Below are positions 1 through 13,195 of a stretch of DNA of 64,000 bases, piece after piece; position 1 is the first letter of the stretch, and the number at the start of each line of letters is the position of its first letter. The position numbers and the translations under genes were made by a program. Below the pieces are notes generated by a model. That model made no database searches. It was not told where the DNA came from and worked only from the letters and a program-made list of their open reading frames with translations. The stretch is from Podarcis gaigeae. Lineage: Eukaryota. Location of the stretch: NCBI GenBank assembly GCA_964106915.2, contig OZ066923.1; one strand, given 5' to 3'.

Positions 1-819
1 GTTGGAGATGCTTCTAGAGTCTGCAGGATCCTTGTCTCTCTGGCTATTATGGAACCCAAGGTAAACCGGTTTAGATGGGTACCTAGTTACGCAAGCTTTA
101 CGCCAGAGGTTTTCCTCTTCCTATCACTTAATTTGGGCATGACTTTCTCTTTTTAAAGGAAACGTTCTTATCTTTAATAGCTTCCTTTATCCTGTTAGCC
201 CACACACAGACATCCTATTAGAACTGTTTTCATCTTTCACAATTTTTGGTTCATGTTTTATCTGAGCATTTGTCATAGTGGTTTTCAATAACCATCATCC
301 TGACTTCCTGAAATGACGCCATGTTTTGCTTTGAATCTCATTTAAGATTATAGTGCAACTGTAGACTAAGATACATTTGATGGTTTAAGAGATATTTTCT
401 GCACCACTTTTGATTTTAACTCATATTTTGTTAAATCTATTCACATGATCATTCACCAGAGTTCAAAGAAACATTGTCCAGTTTTGAAGTCACATTCTCT
501 TGTGTTGTCTTGAGTGTGCAAGCAGAAGAAATGGGAACCATTTGCTTCTAGATTTAAAGTGACTGATTTGTTATTACATCCCAACAAGGAAAATTGTGGT
601 TAGCCTGAACTATGGTTTATTGAAATAAACCTATATCAAAGTATGATTTCTGAACCTGGCTTGCTCCAATAAACTAAAGTTTAAACTAACAGAGAAATCA
701 TGAAATGTTAGTAACTAGTTCTGAGAGAACTTCATTCTTTATGAACAATTGGTTTTCTGAACTGCTGAGGAAACAGTGAAGCCCTCCCGTTCTCTATCAC
801 CTTCTGTCAACAATGACAA

Positions 820-1148
820 CAACTTACTTATACCCTGTCCATCTGACTGGGTTGCCCCAGGCACTCTGGGTGGCTTCCAATGTAATACAAACACAGTAAA
901 ACCTCAAACATTAAAATTTTCCCAATATAGGACTGCCTTCAGATGTCTTTGGAAGGTTGTGTAGTTGTTTATTTGTTTGATGTCCGGTGGGAGGTTGTTC
1001 CACAGGGCAGGTGCCACTACAGAGAAGACCCTCTGCCTGGTTCCCCGTAACTTCACTTCCCACAGTGAGGGAACCTCCAGAAGGGCTTGGAACTGAACCA
1101 CAGTGTCTAGGTTGAATAATGGGGGTGGAGACTCTCCTTCAGGTATAC
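820..1148 (-). mobile_element. L2-clade LINE 3' fragment
   Basis: Minus-strand translation RVFSVVAPALWNNLPPDIKQ...FQRHLK is the typical L2 ORF2 C-terminus. Confidence 0.75.
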
Positions 1149-2377
1149 TTTATGTATATTATTGAAACATCTATTTCTGGCAAGAAAAAAAGAGGAAAAA
1201 CCTGAAATCTGGGGCGGAAAAAATGCAGTAGTGGATTATCTGAGCCTTAAATTTTTACTTAATTTTGTGTGAAAATACATCCTGAGTCTTGAACAAAGGG
1301 CATTATAAAATCATCGGGGAAGAAAGATTTTACATGCATGGAGCAGAAGCAGGGCAGAAGCAAATATAATTTTAGTGCTGCCAGCCTCAATCAGCCATAA
1401 GCAGAGGTCTAGTCTAGTGTCTAGAAAGGCAGATAATTTAAGGAGCCTACGAAACAGATAATTAAAGCAAGGAGACCAATATACCCTACAGGGAGTGCCG
1501 CATATCCCCCCACCCAGCATAATTGGAAATTCTGACCTGGGGGAAATATTCCTTCCATTTTGCAATGAACAAATTGCTTTTATAGAATTGTCCAATGACT
1601 TCTGCTTCTTCTGAGCTTCAAAAACAAGGCAGTAATTCTAGCACCTGCAGATACCTTGCTGAATGAGTGATGCACATGGCTTGCTTCTCCTAGATTCACT
1701 TATAAAGTACAGAACTCTGAAGATCATAGGTCAGTTTGGGAGTCAACACATTAAGACTGACACATAAGCACTTTCCCATGTCTTTGAAGTGTAACATGAG
1801 AAATACTTTTCACTAACTGGAGGCTTGCGTTCATCGTCTGATGTTACATTAAAGACTATACCCTCAGTCTTAATACAACTATGCAGTGACAGCCTGGTTC
1901 TCCAGCACCATTTCTGCTGAGTGCTGCCTTTGTGCCCATGGTTTTGCATTAATATCTTCCCTCCCCCTTCCAAGTAATATTCTATACAGATTTTAATGCA
2001 ATCATCATGGTTCAAATCAATACAGATTGCACTATGAGAGAAGAGCGAAAGTAATTTACAAGAGGACTCCAGCTTCCTACAGGAAGATTGAAAAAGGCAT
2101 TTTCTGTTCCTGCATACTGTAATTTATTTTGGGGGAGCAAGAACAGTTTAATTCATGCTAGTAGCAAATACTGCTGCATTAACATAGTGTTATCAGCAGT
2201 GTAACAAACAGTGCCTGAGCAATGAGGGCAGCTTCTGAGGCACTCAGTATGTCACTGTACTTCTCTATTGTTGCACCAAGCTTACGGAATGCCCTTCCAG
2301 AGAAGTTCTGTGTGGCCCCAGCTATATTTGCTTTTGGGTAGATATTAAAATGTAGCACATAAAGAGATATGTGTTTT

Positions 2378-3648
2378 TGAGGCATCTAGTCATAAGCCTG
2401 CATTTTTTATCAGAGCTTCTATATTTTATCAAGGCTTGTATTTAAAAATGAGCTTAAAAAGATTTTCAAATGTTTCATGCCAGGCAGAGAAAACCTTGGC
2501 AATGTTTATCCTCCTAAGACAAGGGGGGCCCCTGATTTATAGCAGAAAAACAATTCTCAAAGTCATAAAAAAGGGGGAATTACAGACAACTGACCTTGCA
2601 GATTGCAAAACACAATTAGGAATGGGCAAATAGTAAAATGATGCCATGGGCCTCTCGTTAAACCTTGAGCTGTATTTTCAAAGGCCAGGAGCAAATGGGG
2701 AAAAACATCTAGCTGACAGAAAAGAGAACATTTTTGAAAAGTCTTTTCTAAAGCTGTTTCTTTCTTAAACTGAGAGAGTTAAAAAGGTTAAATGTTGGGA
2801 AAGGCAACTGGCTTGGCTGGAGAAGAAGCTTCTTTCTATTTTATTTTGAGGCTGGAAAGGAGGGTGAAAGGGGGGGTGTAAACTGAAGAGGCTTCTTTTT
2901 AAAAGCTGTTTTTACTGAGTTCCTTCCTTTTTACTTTGAGAAGCTTTATTTTTTTAAGAGGCTACCTATGATAATGTATGAAATATATTAGCTTAAATAT
3001 ATTGGCTTAAATGTAATTATGCAAAGGATTTAAGAAATGCTAGATTCTTATTTCATAGAGTCATATTGCAATAGGAGACCAGAGGGGCAAATGAGCCCAG
3101 CCTCCTGCCAGACAGGAGACGCCATCGAACACTCTTGATATATAGTTGTCAGGCATTTGTTTAAAAGACCCTCAAATGAAGGAGATCTTTCAATGATGAT
3201 TAACTCAAGATCCTTGAAGATAAAAATGTAAGATTAACCATTTGTTTTAGAAGGCAATAGGGCAAGGAGGGCAAGAGGTGAGCTGGTAATTAAGATTCCA
3301 TGTAAGATATATTATTACTTATTTGTCATTTATATATAGCTCTTTGTCTCCCTTATAAGGACAGGAGGAAGTGGGTGTATCTTTTGTGATTGGTTCTAGC
3401 AAACAGCCAATAGGAATATTCAACCAGGCTGATTGGACAGAGGCAGCCACAGGAGGAGCAAAGGGGGCTGGATTAAGGAAATATAAGTGCTGGCCAGGAT
3501 GGCAGGAGGCCAGGCCAGAGCTTGGTAACCATATACCACTGTGCCTCTCATTTATTTGTCTGACAAATAAATTATTATTTTAATTTCTCTATTGCTGCGT
3601 TGAATATTTCATTCCAGCTAAGCGTTAACCACAAGCAGAGGTGCTACA
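2378..3648 (+). mobile_element. Solo LTR copy 1 (1271 bp)
   Basis: TGAGGCATC...GGTGCTACA termini, TSD TTTT, CCAAT boxes (3407, 3432), TATA-like motif (about 3482), AATAAA (3566-3571); homologous to 5603-6597 and 34092-35194. Confidence 0.88.
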
Positions 3649-4311
3649 TTTTTACTAACAGTCTGCTGGAGGCTATTTTTTATTTTTTGAATTCCTGACT
3701 TATTGCTGATGGCTCCTAAATTGTTTGTTTTAATATTTGTAATTGTTTTATTGTTGATGAGGTTTATATTGTTACGTGCTTTGAGTATTTTTTTAAAAAA
3801 ACAAAGAAGTGTGACAAGTGGTCAGGCATATATCCAAACAACAGAGATTTGTCCAGATGAATATGCTTGCACTCACATCTGCAAGATGTGTTGATGGTCA
3901 CAAGGTTGGGTCTTGGGGGAAAGATGAAACAGCTATGAGCTGTGATTTGTCAATAGAATCTCAATGTATGGAGACTCTGTGTGTGTAAAAATGTAAGATG
4001 CAGGGGACAAACAAGGGATGAAGGATATACCTTTCATGACCTCCTTGTAGCGCCCAGAAATATTGTCCAGAATGCTAGACCAGATGGACCTTTGATCGCG
4101 CACCACTCTCTCTAATAGCAAACATAGGTGGTTGAGTGCAGATGGGATTTTAGCCGAAATAGGGCCATTGAAAAACAAATGCAAGGTCTCTGGATGCTGT
4201 AGTGAACTCCGAAAGTACACAGAAATACAAAATGTTTGTTAAACCTCACAAAGGGAATGCTCCTCCCAAAACAGCCCAGTGCAGTCTGAGCATGCTTAGT
4301 AGCCTCTAGGA

Positions 4312-4427
4312 CAGGCTTCCTCAACCTCGGCCCTCCATATGTTTTTGGCCTACTACTCCCATGATCCCTAGTTAACATGACCAGCAGTCAGGGATGATGG
4401 GAATTGTAGTCTCAAAACATCTGGAGA
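4312..4427. mobile_element. Short palindromic hAT-type MITE (truncated)
   Basis: caggcttcctcaacct...actactcccat / gatgggaattgtagt...catctggag; same family as 50304-50439. Confidence 0.6.
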
Positions 4428-5602
4428 GAACCCAAGTAGAGATTTAATATCACAAAACATACAGCAAAGACAATCCTGGAAATATAGGCTGTAATCCCTT
4501 TAAAATGTGCCCTTCCAGTGAGTCCCAAAATATCCATTTTAAAAGCTCTTTCCAAGCTATGCTACATACTAGTTTCAGAATCCAAGCTGGTCTTAAACAA
4601 AATAAGGCTTTTTAAAACCTTGCTCAGAACTCCTCTCATAGTGAAATCCACATTTGGGGGGGGGGGGGAGGGAGAGAGAGAGAGAGAGCGAGAGAGAGAG
4701 AACACAAAGGCTTGGTAATCCAGTTCTTCTCAAGCTGAACGTGATGACATAGGCTAAGCCTGGCAGGACAGTTTACTCTATGTTTTTAACCCCTTCATGC
4801 ACTAATTAGATTAATACATGCTAGAGCTATATAAGGCTTGCACCCTACAAAACCAACACTATAATATGGCTCCATATGGGGTAGATAGAGAAGCATATAG
4901 CATTTTAAAATTTAATATTTTGCTGACAGCAAAATGAAAGCTTATCCATTTCTCAGATAATACACATTATTTGTATAGGCGGCTTTAATGCTTTTGTGCC
5001 TTATGGTCATAAGGGCAGAGAACACCTTGTGATAACCAGGAAATAAACGGTTACATTGCTGGAGCCAGAAATAAAAAGAAGGAAAACATTCTGAAGCCAT
5101 TAATAGGTGACAGGGTTAAATTAAGACCTAATGTTAACAGATGCATCTTTGCTGAGTTTTATTTTCCTATACTAGACTCAAACCCATTTAACATAGGACA
5201 GAATATTTCATAGGGCAAGGAGTTTTGAAATGACTTGAGCTCTATTTAAAAGTTTGAAATGAGAGGATGATAATATATGTAGAACTAAATAATATTAGGG
5301 GTGGTGTCTGCTAACTTGGTATAATGCAGGAACCCCACCTTCTCTTACTTTTGCTCTCATTTAATATAGCTAAGATGTATAAAATGATTTCTACCCACAT
5401 GGAACAGGATTTTTTTTTAAAAAAACCATTTCTTATATAATAGTTATTATTAACATTCACCATTTATCTAGAATATTAAATTTGTAAACTTCCCAAATTC
5501 ATAACGTTTTCTAAAAATACTGGAGCTTGCATAGGATATCAACCTTGATTTCCCCCCCTAGCAATAAAGTACACTGACCAACTCTCCTTTGTTGGGTCAA
5601 AA

Positions 5603-6597
5603 TGAGGCATCTGATCAAGGCCTGTATTTTAAAATGAGCTTAAAGGTTTGCAAATGTTTCATGCCAGGCAGAAAACCAGCTGGCTAAGGACTTTGGCAGT
5701 TGTTTATCTTCCTGAACAGGCCCCCCCTGATTTATAGCAGGAGCCAAAATTCTCAAAGTTGTAAAAGGGAATTACAGGCTGGGAGCAAAGGTTATACTGA
5801 CCCTGCATATTACAGAATACAATCAAGCTGCAAAAACACTAATTAAGAGTTAGTAAATAGTAGGATTTATTGTTTAACAGAAAATAATACCATGTGCCTC
5901 CCATTAGAGACTTTAGCCACATTTCCCTAAGGTTAAAGGGCAAGAGCTAATGGGAAAAGCAGCTGGCAGGGAAAGGGGTGTGTGTGTGTGTGTGTGTAAA
6001 CTGAAGAGTTTTACTTTGAAAATGCCTTTTCTTCTAAAAAGCTATGTTAATGTATGAGATTTGTTGGCTTAAATGTAATTATGCAAAAGATTTAGAAAGT
6101 AAGAAATGTTAGATTCTTATGTTAGATTCTCATTTCATTGATGATGTGTGAGAATGTGAACCTAAGATCTCTGTTTAAGACAAAATGTAAGACCATGAGC
6201 CATCTGTTTTGGAATGGAGGGGAAAGGGGCAAAAGGTGATCTGGTAATTAAGGTGCCTTGTCGAGGCAAATGTAATGGATAGAAGGAAATATAGCTCTTT
6301 GTCTCCCATAAAAGGTAATAGGAAATGGGTGTATCTTTTATGATTGGTTCTAGCAAACAGCCAATAGGAATTTCAACCAGGCTGATTAGACAGAGGCAGC
6401 CAAAGGAGGAGCAAGGGGGCTGGGCTGAGGAAATATAAGTGCTGGCCATCAGGGCTGGAGTGGGCAGAGCTTTGGTAACCATATACCACTGTGCCTATCA
6501 TTTATTTGTCTGACAAATAAATTATTATTTTAATTTCTCTATTGCTGCGTTGAATATTTCATTCCAGCTAAGCGTTAACCACAAGCAGGGTGCTACA
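5603..6597 (+). mobile_element. Solo LTR copy 2 (995 bp, variant)
   Basis: Same TG...CA termini, TSD AAAA; 3' ~120 bp nearly identical to copy 1, 5' part diverged with indels. Confidence 0.88.
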
Positions 6598-8490
6598 AAA
6601 ATACACTGTAAAGCTCAGTATGAAAAGTCCAGAGGGTATATGACTTTTTGGAATCATGATCTTAACTAGAATAGTTTCCCTTTAAAGTCAAATATTGTCT
6701 TTGGAAACATGCTTTCTCCCCATTATGACTTCATCAATTCAGCACTGAGTTCACTTGATAAAAAATCTTAATTTTTATTTTTTCTACCCTACCTTTCTGC
6801 ACAGTATTCAAGGTGGCTAATAATTCTATAATAATACAGCTTCTTAATTATATATTACATTACTCAAATAATAACTCCCAAGCTCTGCCCAGCATTTCAG
6901 AGCATTCTGCAATTCAACTGTGTCAGTAAAATAACTCCACACATTGTGGCATGTAATAACCCTCCTGCTGAAGGTAATTTTTCTCAAGGTCATAAATATA
7001 CTGCCATTCTCTGGTCCAAATACAAAATTTGCTTATATCTATGTGCCACTGGAGGGCAGTGTGGATCTCTAGGAAGAGTAAGGAATTGGAGGCAGCCTGG
7101 GTATGAAATAAGATGGGAAGGAAAGAAAAGAAAAGAAAAGGAAAGGAAAAAGGAAAGGAAAGCACACTCAGAGTCACTGGAACCTATAGTAATCCTGGGC
7201 CATTAGGTATGCAGCAGGCATATCTTTGCTGACATCCCGATTTCAAGTTACAGTTGTGTGAAATAGATGTAATGAGTGCTTTGCCACAAGCTGGGATTTT
7301 TGCAAGCAGTCAACCCTGAAATGAGCTGAGGAATGACATGCTGAATAGCATCTTACTGTTTTGTCACATTTGAAATCTCATCTGAGAGAAGAAAACAGTC
7401 AGCCATGCATTTTAAGGCTGACATGAATCAGCGCTCAGTAACTTGACCAGGGACGGAAAAAGAGTGCCTTAGTAGTGTTTTAATCACATCCCAAAATAAT
7501 ATATCTGTGACAATGCTTCCATATTTATTGTGGGATCAGTGCTCCTCAGGCATGGAAGTTTCATGCACCATTGTTGTTGGCATCACAAAATAAAATTTTA
7601 AAATCCACATTTCATATGTATTTACCCTTTCTACAGAAAACCCCATTGCTGCTGTTTTTTTTAATCTGTTGCCAATAACTCACCATAATTATTAAGTCTC
7701 TGTTTGGAATATGAGTGGGGAACCTTTCGCCTTCCCAATGTTGCTTAATGGCAACTCCCATCAGCCCCAGCAAGCATGGCCAGTAGCCAGGGATGGAGTT
7801 GGTAGTTCAGCAACATCTGAATGGCCATAGGTTCACCACACATGGTAGTCTAGAAGCCCCTTCTATTTTGAAGGGATCTCCTAGGGGCATATTGAGAATG
7901 TTACTATTTTTTTATTTGGGTAGGTTCTCAAGGATTTTTAGCCTCTTTATAGCGCCTAGTGAGAATAAAGGGAGATAATCTATAATTCATAGGCCTAGTG
8001 ACTCTTGTGTTTAATTTTTGTACAGTACTTGGAAATTCATATTTGAATATTTTAAAAGATGTAATTATGGCCATGTGCATACACTTTCCTGATAAAAAAA
8101 TAGACTTGCACAACACATTCTCATGTTGTTTTTATGTGTATTTCCGTAATAGGAACCTGCTTCATAACACAACAGCATTAACAATATATTTAATTATATG
8201 GATTCAGACTTAGCCCCTGCTCCCCTCAGCAATGTGAAGAACTGCTATTGTTCCTCATATTATTAACAGGCAGCAGTGCCAGATTTTGCAGGGATACCAG
8301 TAACCTTTTACCAAGTGGTAAATTGGCATTTGTGAAAGAACCCGTAATGATCAGTTTATTCCGACCAGCTCTTAAACAGAGCACAAATTCCTCACTAAAT
8401 CTCTTCCACCTCCTGCCTTGTCTGTTTATAGCTTACTAACCCCTTGTGTCATCTCTTTGTATATATGTCTAATTTATCAGTTTCTTGTAG

Positions 8491-8566
8491 ATTGTCAGCA
8501 GCCTGCTGCCTCCATACCGCCACACGGCTCACAACTAGCCAGGAGGCAAGACTGCCAGACTGTCAG
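8491..8566 (+). CDS. BICD1: BICD1 (bicaudal D cargo adaptor 1) penultimate exon, dual-coding
   Basis: Acceptor tttcttgtag| and donor CAG|gtaata. Phase-1 entry reads (D)CQQPAASIPPHGSQLARRQDCQTV(S); phase-0 entry reads IVSSLLPPYRHTAHN* (TAG 8536-8538). Both match the C-termini of mammalian BICD1 isoforms as I recall them (DCQQPAASVPPQCSQLAGRQDCPTVS and IVSSLLPPYRHSAHN). Confidence 0.92.
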
Positions 8567-9699
8567 GTAATACTTGGCTAACTCTTCTCTCTTCTCCTCT
8601 TGCTCTTCATTGCATGCTGTGGTCAGTCTGCCACAGACAACAGCCAAGCTTCCCACCCCACTTCTTTTCTATGCAGCTGTCACTCCTGCCCCCCCCCTCC
8701 ATTCCATCCTTCCACTTCTTCGTTTCTACTCTACATGGCTTGTGTTTTTTTAAAAAAAGAAAAGAAAAATCAAATATATATTTGATTTTTTGCATTAGTA
8801 TGTGTGAATACCAACTGAGAGTCTAGCTGAAGCCTAGCAGAGGAAAGCAAGAAGACTGCTGTCGTGGTCTGCAGCAAGGACAATGTGTTTTAGGACAAAT
8901 TATCAGCATCCTTGAAATGTCCCTCAAAGCAGAACAATTCAGGGATGTCTCATGCACTCAGTTACACTAAAAGCTCTTGATTAACATCATTCATTTCATA
9001 AGCAACCTTTCAGAGAGAGTCTGGGCTTGTTACTGAGTAACAGTTAATGACAAAAACATGGAAGGAGAAGTTCCTGAGACTGCCTGACTTAATTTTATTA
9101 AATGACAACCCAGCCATAAGGCATTTTTTGGCCACTCAGCAAAGTTCTGTTTCTTTGCTGAGAAAGGGGTGTTACAATCTAAAATCTTTGAGAAATAGAT
9201 TATTTTTGATTTTGTTAACACAGTCCATGAGTAATGTGCTGCTGCCTTGCTATGATGGGATAGGGTTTGGATTTCTTATGAATTGCAAAATAATTAATTA
9301 AAGCTGGGTGTGTATGTTTGCTCATTGGGAGCCATTTCAGTCACAATGGGAGATTACGGGCCAAATTATAGGTGCTGTTTTGCAGTTGCCTGGCCTCTCA
9401 CAAGACCTCTTTTCAATGGTTACAATTTAAGACCCACAACTTCTGAAATGTTCAGAAAATAATGTAACTTGATTTCACCTTTCTCATCAAGTAAAATTGT
9501 GTAAGCCTCAAGGACAGCCCTTCTCTGGAACCACCAACAAAAAACTAACAGCACAGGCTTCATTCAGTTGGGAAATGGATGTAGTTAAATTAAGAAAAAT
9601 GAATGCACTCTTATAAAAACACTAGAACTGCCGCTAGAAAGCTTAGCTAATTCATTTTTTTTTTTAGTGTTAATTGGTTCATTGAATCTACAATCCATA

Positions 9700-10190
9700 G
9701 TTGGTTGGCTCAGAGTAAGATCTCCTTCATCCATGATCTGATTGTGGAGGTCAATTTGGTCTGTTTCCCTGAAACCTGGGTGGATGAGCAGGGGGGAGTT
9801 GGTCTCACCCAGCTGTGCCCACCTAGGTACTCAGTGCAGCATCAAGGCAGACCTGAGGATCAGGGAGGAGGAGTTGCTGTGATCTATAGAAATTCTCTTT
9901 CTCTCTAGGCTCTCTGTCCAGCCTCACTGCCCAGCAGTCTCCCTGCCTCAGCTGACAGAGCTGGTCTCAGAGGCAGAGACTGCTGTTTTGGGGGGACTTC
10001 AACATCCATGCTGAGGTGACTGGCTCTGGGGTGGCTCAGGACTTCATGACTGCCATGATGAACATGGGGCTGTCCCAGCATGCCATTGGCCCAACACACG
10101 TGGCAGGCCACACTCTGAACCTTGTTTTCACAACTGGACAGGAAGAGGGTGATCAGAAAGTAGAGAATATTTACATCAATCTCTTGTCAT
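9700..10190 (+). mobile_element. L2 LINE endonuclease-region fragment, decayed
   Basis: APE-like motifs ETW, GGGVAVIYR, and GDFNIH / PTH..GHTL.LV in shifted frames. Confidence 0.7.
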
Positions 10191-10195
10191 AATCA

Positions 10196-10453
10196 GGGAC
10201 ACGGGTGGCACTGTGGTTTAAACCACAGGGCCTAGGACTTGCTGATCAGAAGGTCGGCGGTTCGAATCCCTGCGATGGGGTGAGCTCTCGTTGCTCGGTC
10301 CCAGCTCCTGCCAACCTAGCAGTTCAAAAGCACGTCAAAGTGCAAATAGATAAATAGGTACCGCTCCGGCTGGGAAGGTAAACGGCATTTCCGTGTGCTG
10401 CCCTGGTTTGCCAGAAGAGGCTTAGTCATGCTGGCCACATGACCCGGAAGCTG
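10196..10453 (+). mobile_element. Sauria SINE, 3'-truncated
   Basis: gggacacgggtggcactgtggtttaaaccac...caaagtgcaaatagataaataggtacc...gacccggaagctg. Confidence 0.9.
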
Positions 10454-11359
10454 GCAGTAAAAGCAGCATAGAAGTCATGCTTTGCATCTTTGTGTTGTCC
10501 AGCAGAGCTTTCCTGTGGGGGGTATGGGGTCTTTTACATTCAGGCCCCAAAGAGGTGACAGAATGAACAGTAACTTGCTGTGACTTGTTTGTAAAGCATT
10601 TAGAGGATAAAATTGCTTGCACCTACTGGGACATTAACTTCACCTGTTCAGAGGTGTCCAGAGCCCTGTCTAGTCCTGGTACATTGGAGGAATTTCAGTT
10701 GTGTTGCATTCTGAGGCCAAAGGAAGGAATGGACCCTGATTAAAATAAGACACGAGGCTTTGACCTGCAAGGTTCTCGGAGAAACTGCATCCACCACACC
10801 CCTCACCAGGCCATTTTATTAGCAAAAGAATCCTTTACACAGTGCTCGTAAGAACCAATCAGATTCCCTTGGAGCATTCAAACAAACCTCAAGTGGGGAC
10901 AAAGTTAAACTATAAACACTAGTTAGGCATACATACTCTGGAGTAAATGAATGAAAAACTGCAAAGGAGCGAATACAGCAACCCCGGAGGTCATAAACAA
11001 TCAGTAGACATGATAAGAAGGATGGCCAGGAGGACAGTGACCATTATCACCTTAATGTGAAACCTGTTTCCTGGCCCTAAGATTAACATCCTAAGATTAA
11101 TATATAAGAAAGCTACATCGAGGAAACTGCCCATTATCTTTGAGGACCCAGGATGCCTGCCTGTCTGTACACAAGTGTGTACGTGACTTATGAAGAAGAG
11201 AGGAATGGAACAGGGATGCAGGGGTGTAGATTGATCAAGAATCATATCAAAATAGTTTAAACCCAGTCAATGCAATGCTTTCATTGCTGACACAGATGGC
11301 TTACTCTATATTTGTTATAATTCCTCATAGCAATCCCACCTGATCACCACACAGTTGGA

Positions 11360-11620
11360 AAGGCTCCCTGTTTGTGAAATACTCTCCCCAGGGAGGCTTG
11401 CCTGGCACCTTCCATTACATACCTTTAGGTGCCAGGACAAAAACATTATTTTTCTTCCAGGCCTTTGGCTAATTAAACAATCTATGACCTTTTAAACTGC
11501 GGGGGGGGGGCAGTTATTGTTTTTGTTTGGTACTATGTTATGTATTTTTGTGTTTTTATATTGTAAGCTATCCTGTGAGCCTTGCATGAAGAGCGGTATA
11601 TAAATGTAATAAATAATAAT
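11360..11620 (+). mobile_element. L2 LINE 3' end
   Basis: ccaggcctttggctaattaaacaatctat...ttgtaagc...taataaataataat; similar to 53620-53850. Confidence 0.65.
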
Positions 11621-11837
11621 AGTAATACTCTGACTTTTAAAACTTAAGATAATGTGTTTTCAGGATCCATCCTGTGGCTGCAATTTATCTTAACTGCTTT
11701 TAATGTTGAATTTTAAATTGTTGTAGCCCACCTGGCACCTGCTGGTAACAGATGATGAAGTTGATGATAATTGGCATTGCAAGAGTGCACAGAGACTTGG
11801 TGATATATTAATCATTTCCCCCCTTTTTTATTTTCAG

Positions 11838-11922
11838 TCCTGATGTAGCTCTTCCAGAAGAACAGCCACATTCCAGCTCTCAGTGTGCTCCCATCAGCTG
11901 TCTACCTAAGCCTCCTCCTTAA
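11838..11922 (+). CDS. BICD1: BICD1 last coding exon (long C-terminal isoform)
   Basis: Polypyrimidine tract plus ttttcag| acceptor. Phase 2 joins the previous exon (AG|T = Ser) and reads PDVALPEEQPHSSSQCAPISCLPKPPP* (TAA 11920-11922), like recalled human PDTALPEEQPHSSSQCAPLHCLSKPPHP. Confidence 0.93.
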
Positions 11923-13195
11923 GTCTAATCTTCATATGCAACCTAAGAGTCGGGGGGCAGGGAAGCCCCCACAAAGAAACTGAGTCGGGGTTCTCACAGC
12001 AAAGGTACAGTTTGCGCCGAAGGAACCATTAGGCATTGCTGCCTTTTTGCTGCATTGATGAGTCCGGACACATATCTATGGTCTTGAAACAACTGAGGAT
12101 GTATGGAAGAGCACAAAGTACAGTGCCCGAACTGTTCAAGAAGATCATTTAAGGTTCCTCTGGTTACATCCAGATAATCACGGCTACAGTTTGGATGTCA
12201 AAATATGTTTGTCCCAGCCATTTGGCTTGTACTGCTAATATGCTGGGAAGTTAAAACTACTGAAACAAAACAAAGAAAATGTGTTACAAACCTGATTTTG
12301 ACAGTTGAGCCACAGCCACAACTCTAGTTTTTCTTTATGTGGATTAAAGGGTGTTAAATATCTTTGTTTTCGTTTTATCATATTTGCACCATGAGTTTAT
12401 TAGAAATACAGTCCATGCCGTGTGAATGTTTTTCTTCTGGGTTGTTTTTGTTTTTTTAAGTGACGCAGAAATAGTTTACCTAGGGAATGATTCCCCCCAG
12501 TTATGGTTTTTGTTTTGTAACTGAGGATTGTTCACTTGGCCAAAGTGTGTGGCCTGGTGTTCTCTTTTTCTTAATTGCACAAAAAATGTTGAAAGTGTGT
12601 TGAATTGGAATGTGAACTTTGGGGGCATTGCAGAAAAAGCTGGATATGCCTAAATCCTGTTGAAATAAATAGGCACACGGTGAAGCACTTGAAACCCACC
12701 AACACCAACAGAATTCAAGCAGGTCTAACTTTTCCTGTATTGTGCCCATTGACTTGTACTTTTCTGCTGCACTGGTATTGTTTACGCACTTATTTTATAA
12801 CTAATATGATATTAGCTGCTGGTTGTTGTTTTAATATTTCACTAGGATCAGATTAAGCCGAAAATGGGTTTTAGTGAACAGTGCATTTAATAATTGTTTC
12901 CCTGTGGTTAACTTTTGTGTTTTGGGGAGGTGCTTGTTTTGTTTTAGGGACTTCCCTCCCTCCTTTTTTGCATTTCAGATAAGCTGATGACTTGGTGCTG
13001 CTCATTTTTCTGTTTGGTATCTGGACAAAAAAAAAAAAAAAAAAAAAGGAAAAGGAAATGAACTTGAAGTAAACATGCTGTGTTATATTATAACTGAAAT
13101 GTTCAGGATGTTCTTCACTTGCTGCTCCCAAGTTCAGTGTTAACCAGGTTAAAGCCTTCCCTTGGCAAAATAAAGTCAAGGAAAAGAGAAGAGGT
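11923..13195 (+). other. BICD1: BICD1 3' UTR (end approximate)
   Basis: Repeat-free U-rich sequence after the stop; candidate poly(A) signals AATAAA at 12664-12669 and 13169-13174. True end cannot be fixed without transcripts. Confidence 0.55.

Noticed and set aside
2378-6597. Two direct LTRs as a single provirus with a 2-kb interior
   Set aside because: Each LTR has its own TSD, they differ by large indels, and the interior shows no primer binding site, polypurine tract or coding remnant.
1-8430. Additional upstream BICD1 coding exons
   Set aside because: No BICD1-like peptide with splice signals recognised; they presumably lie before the window.
13027-13047. Poly(A) run as a retrocopy tail or mRNA end
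   Set aside because: No TSD or adjacent upstream AATAAA; a genomic A-tract that could cause internal priming.
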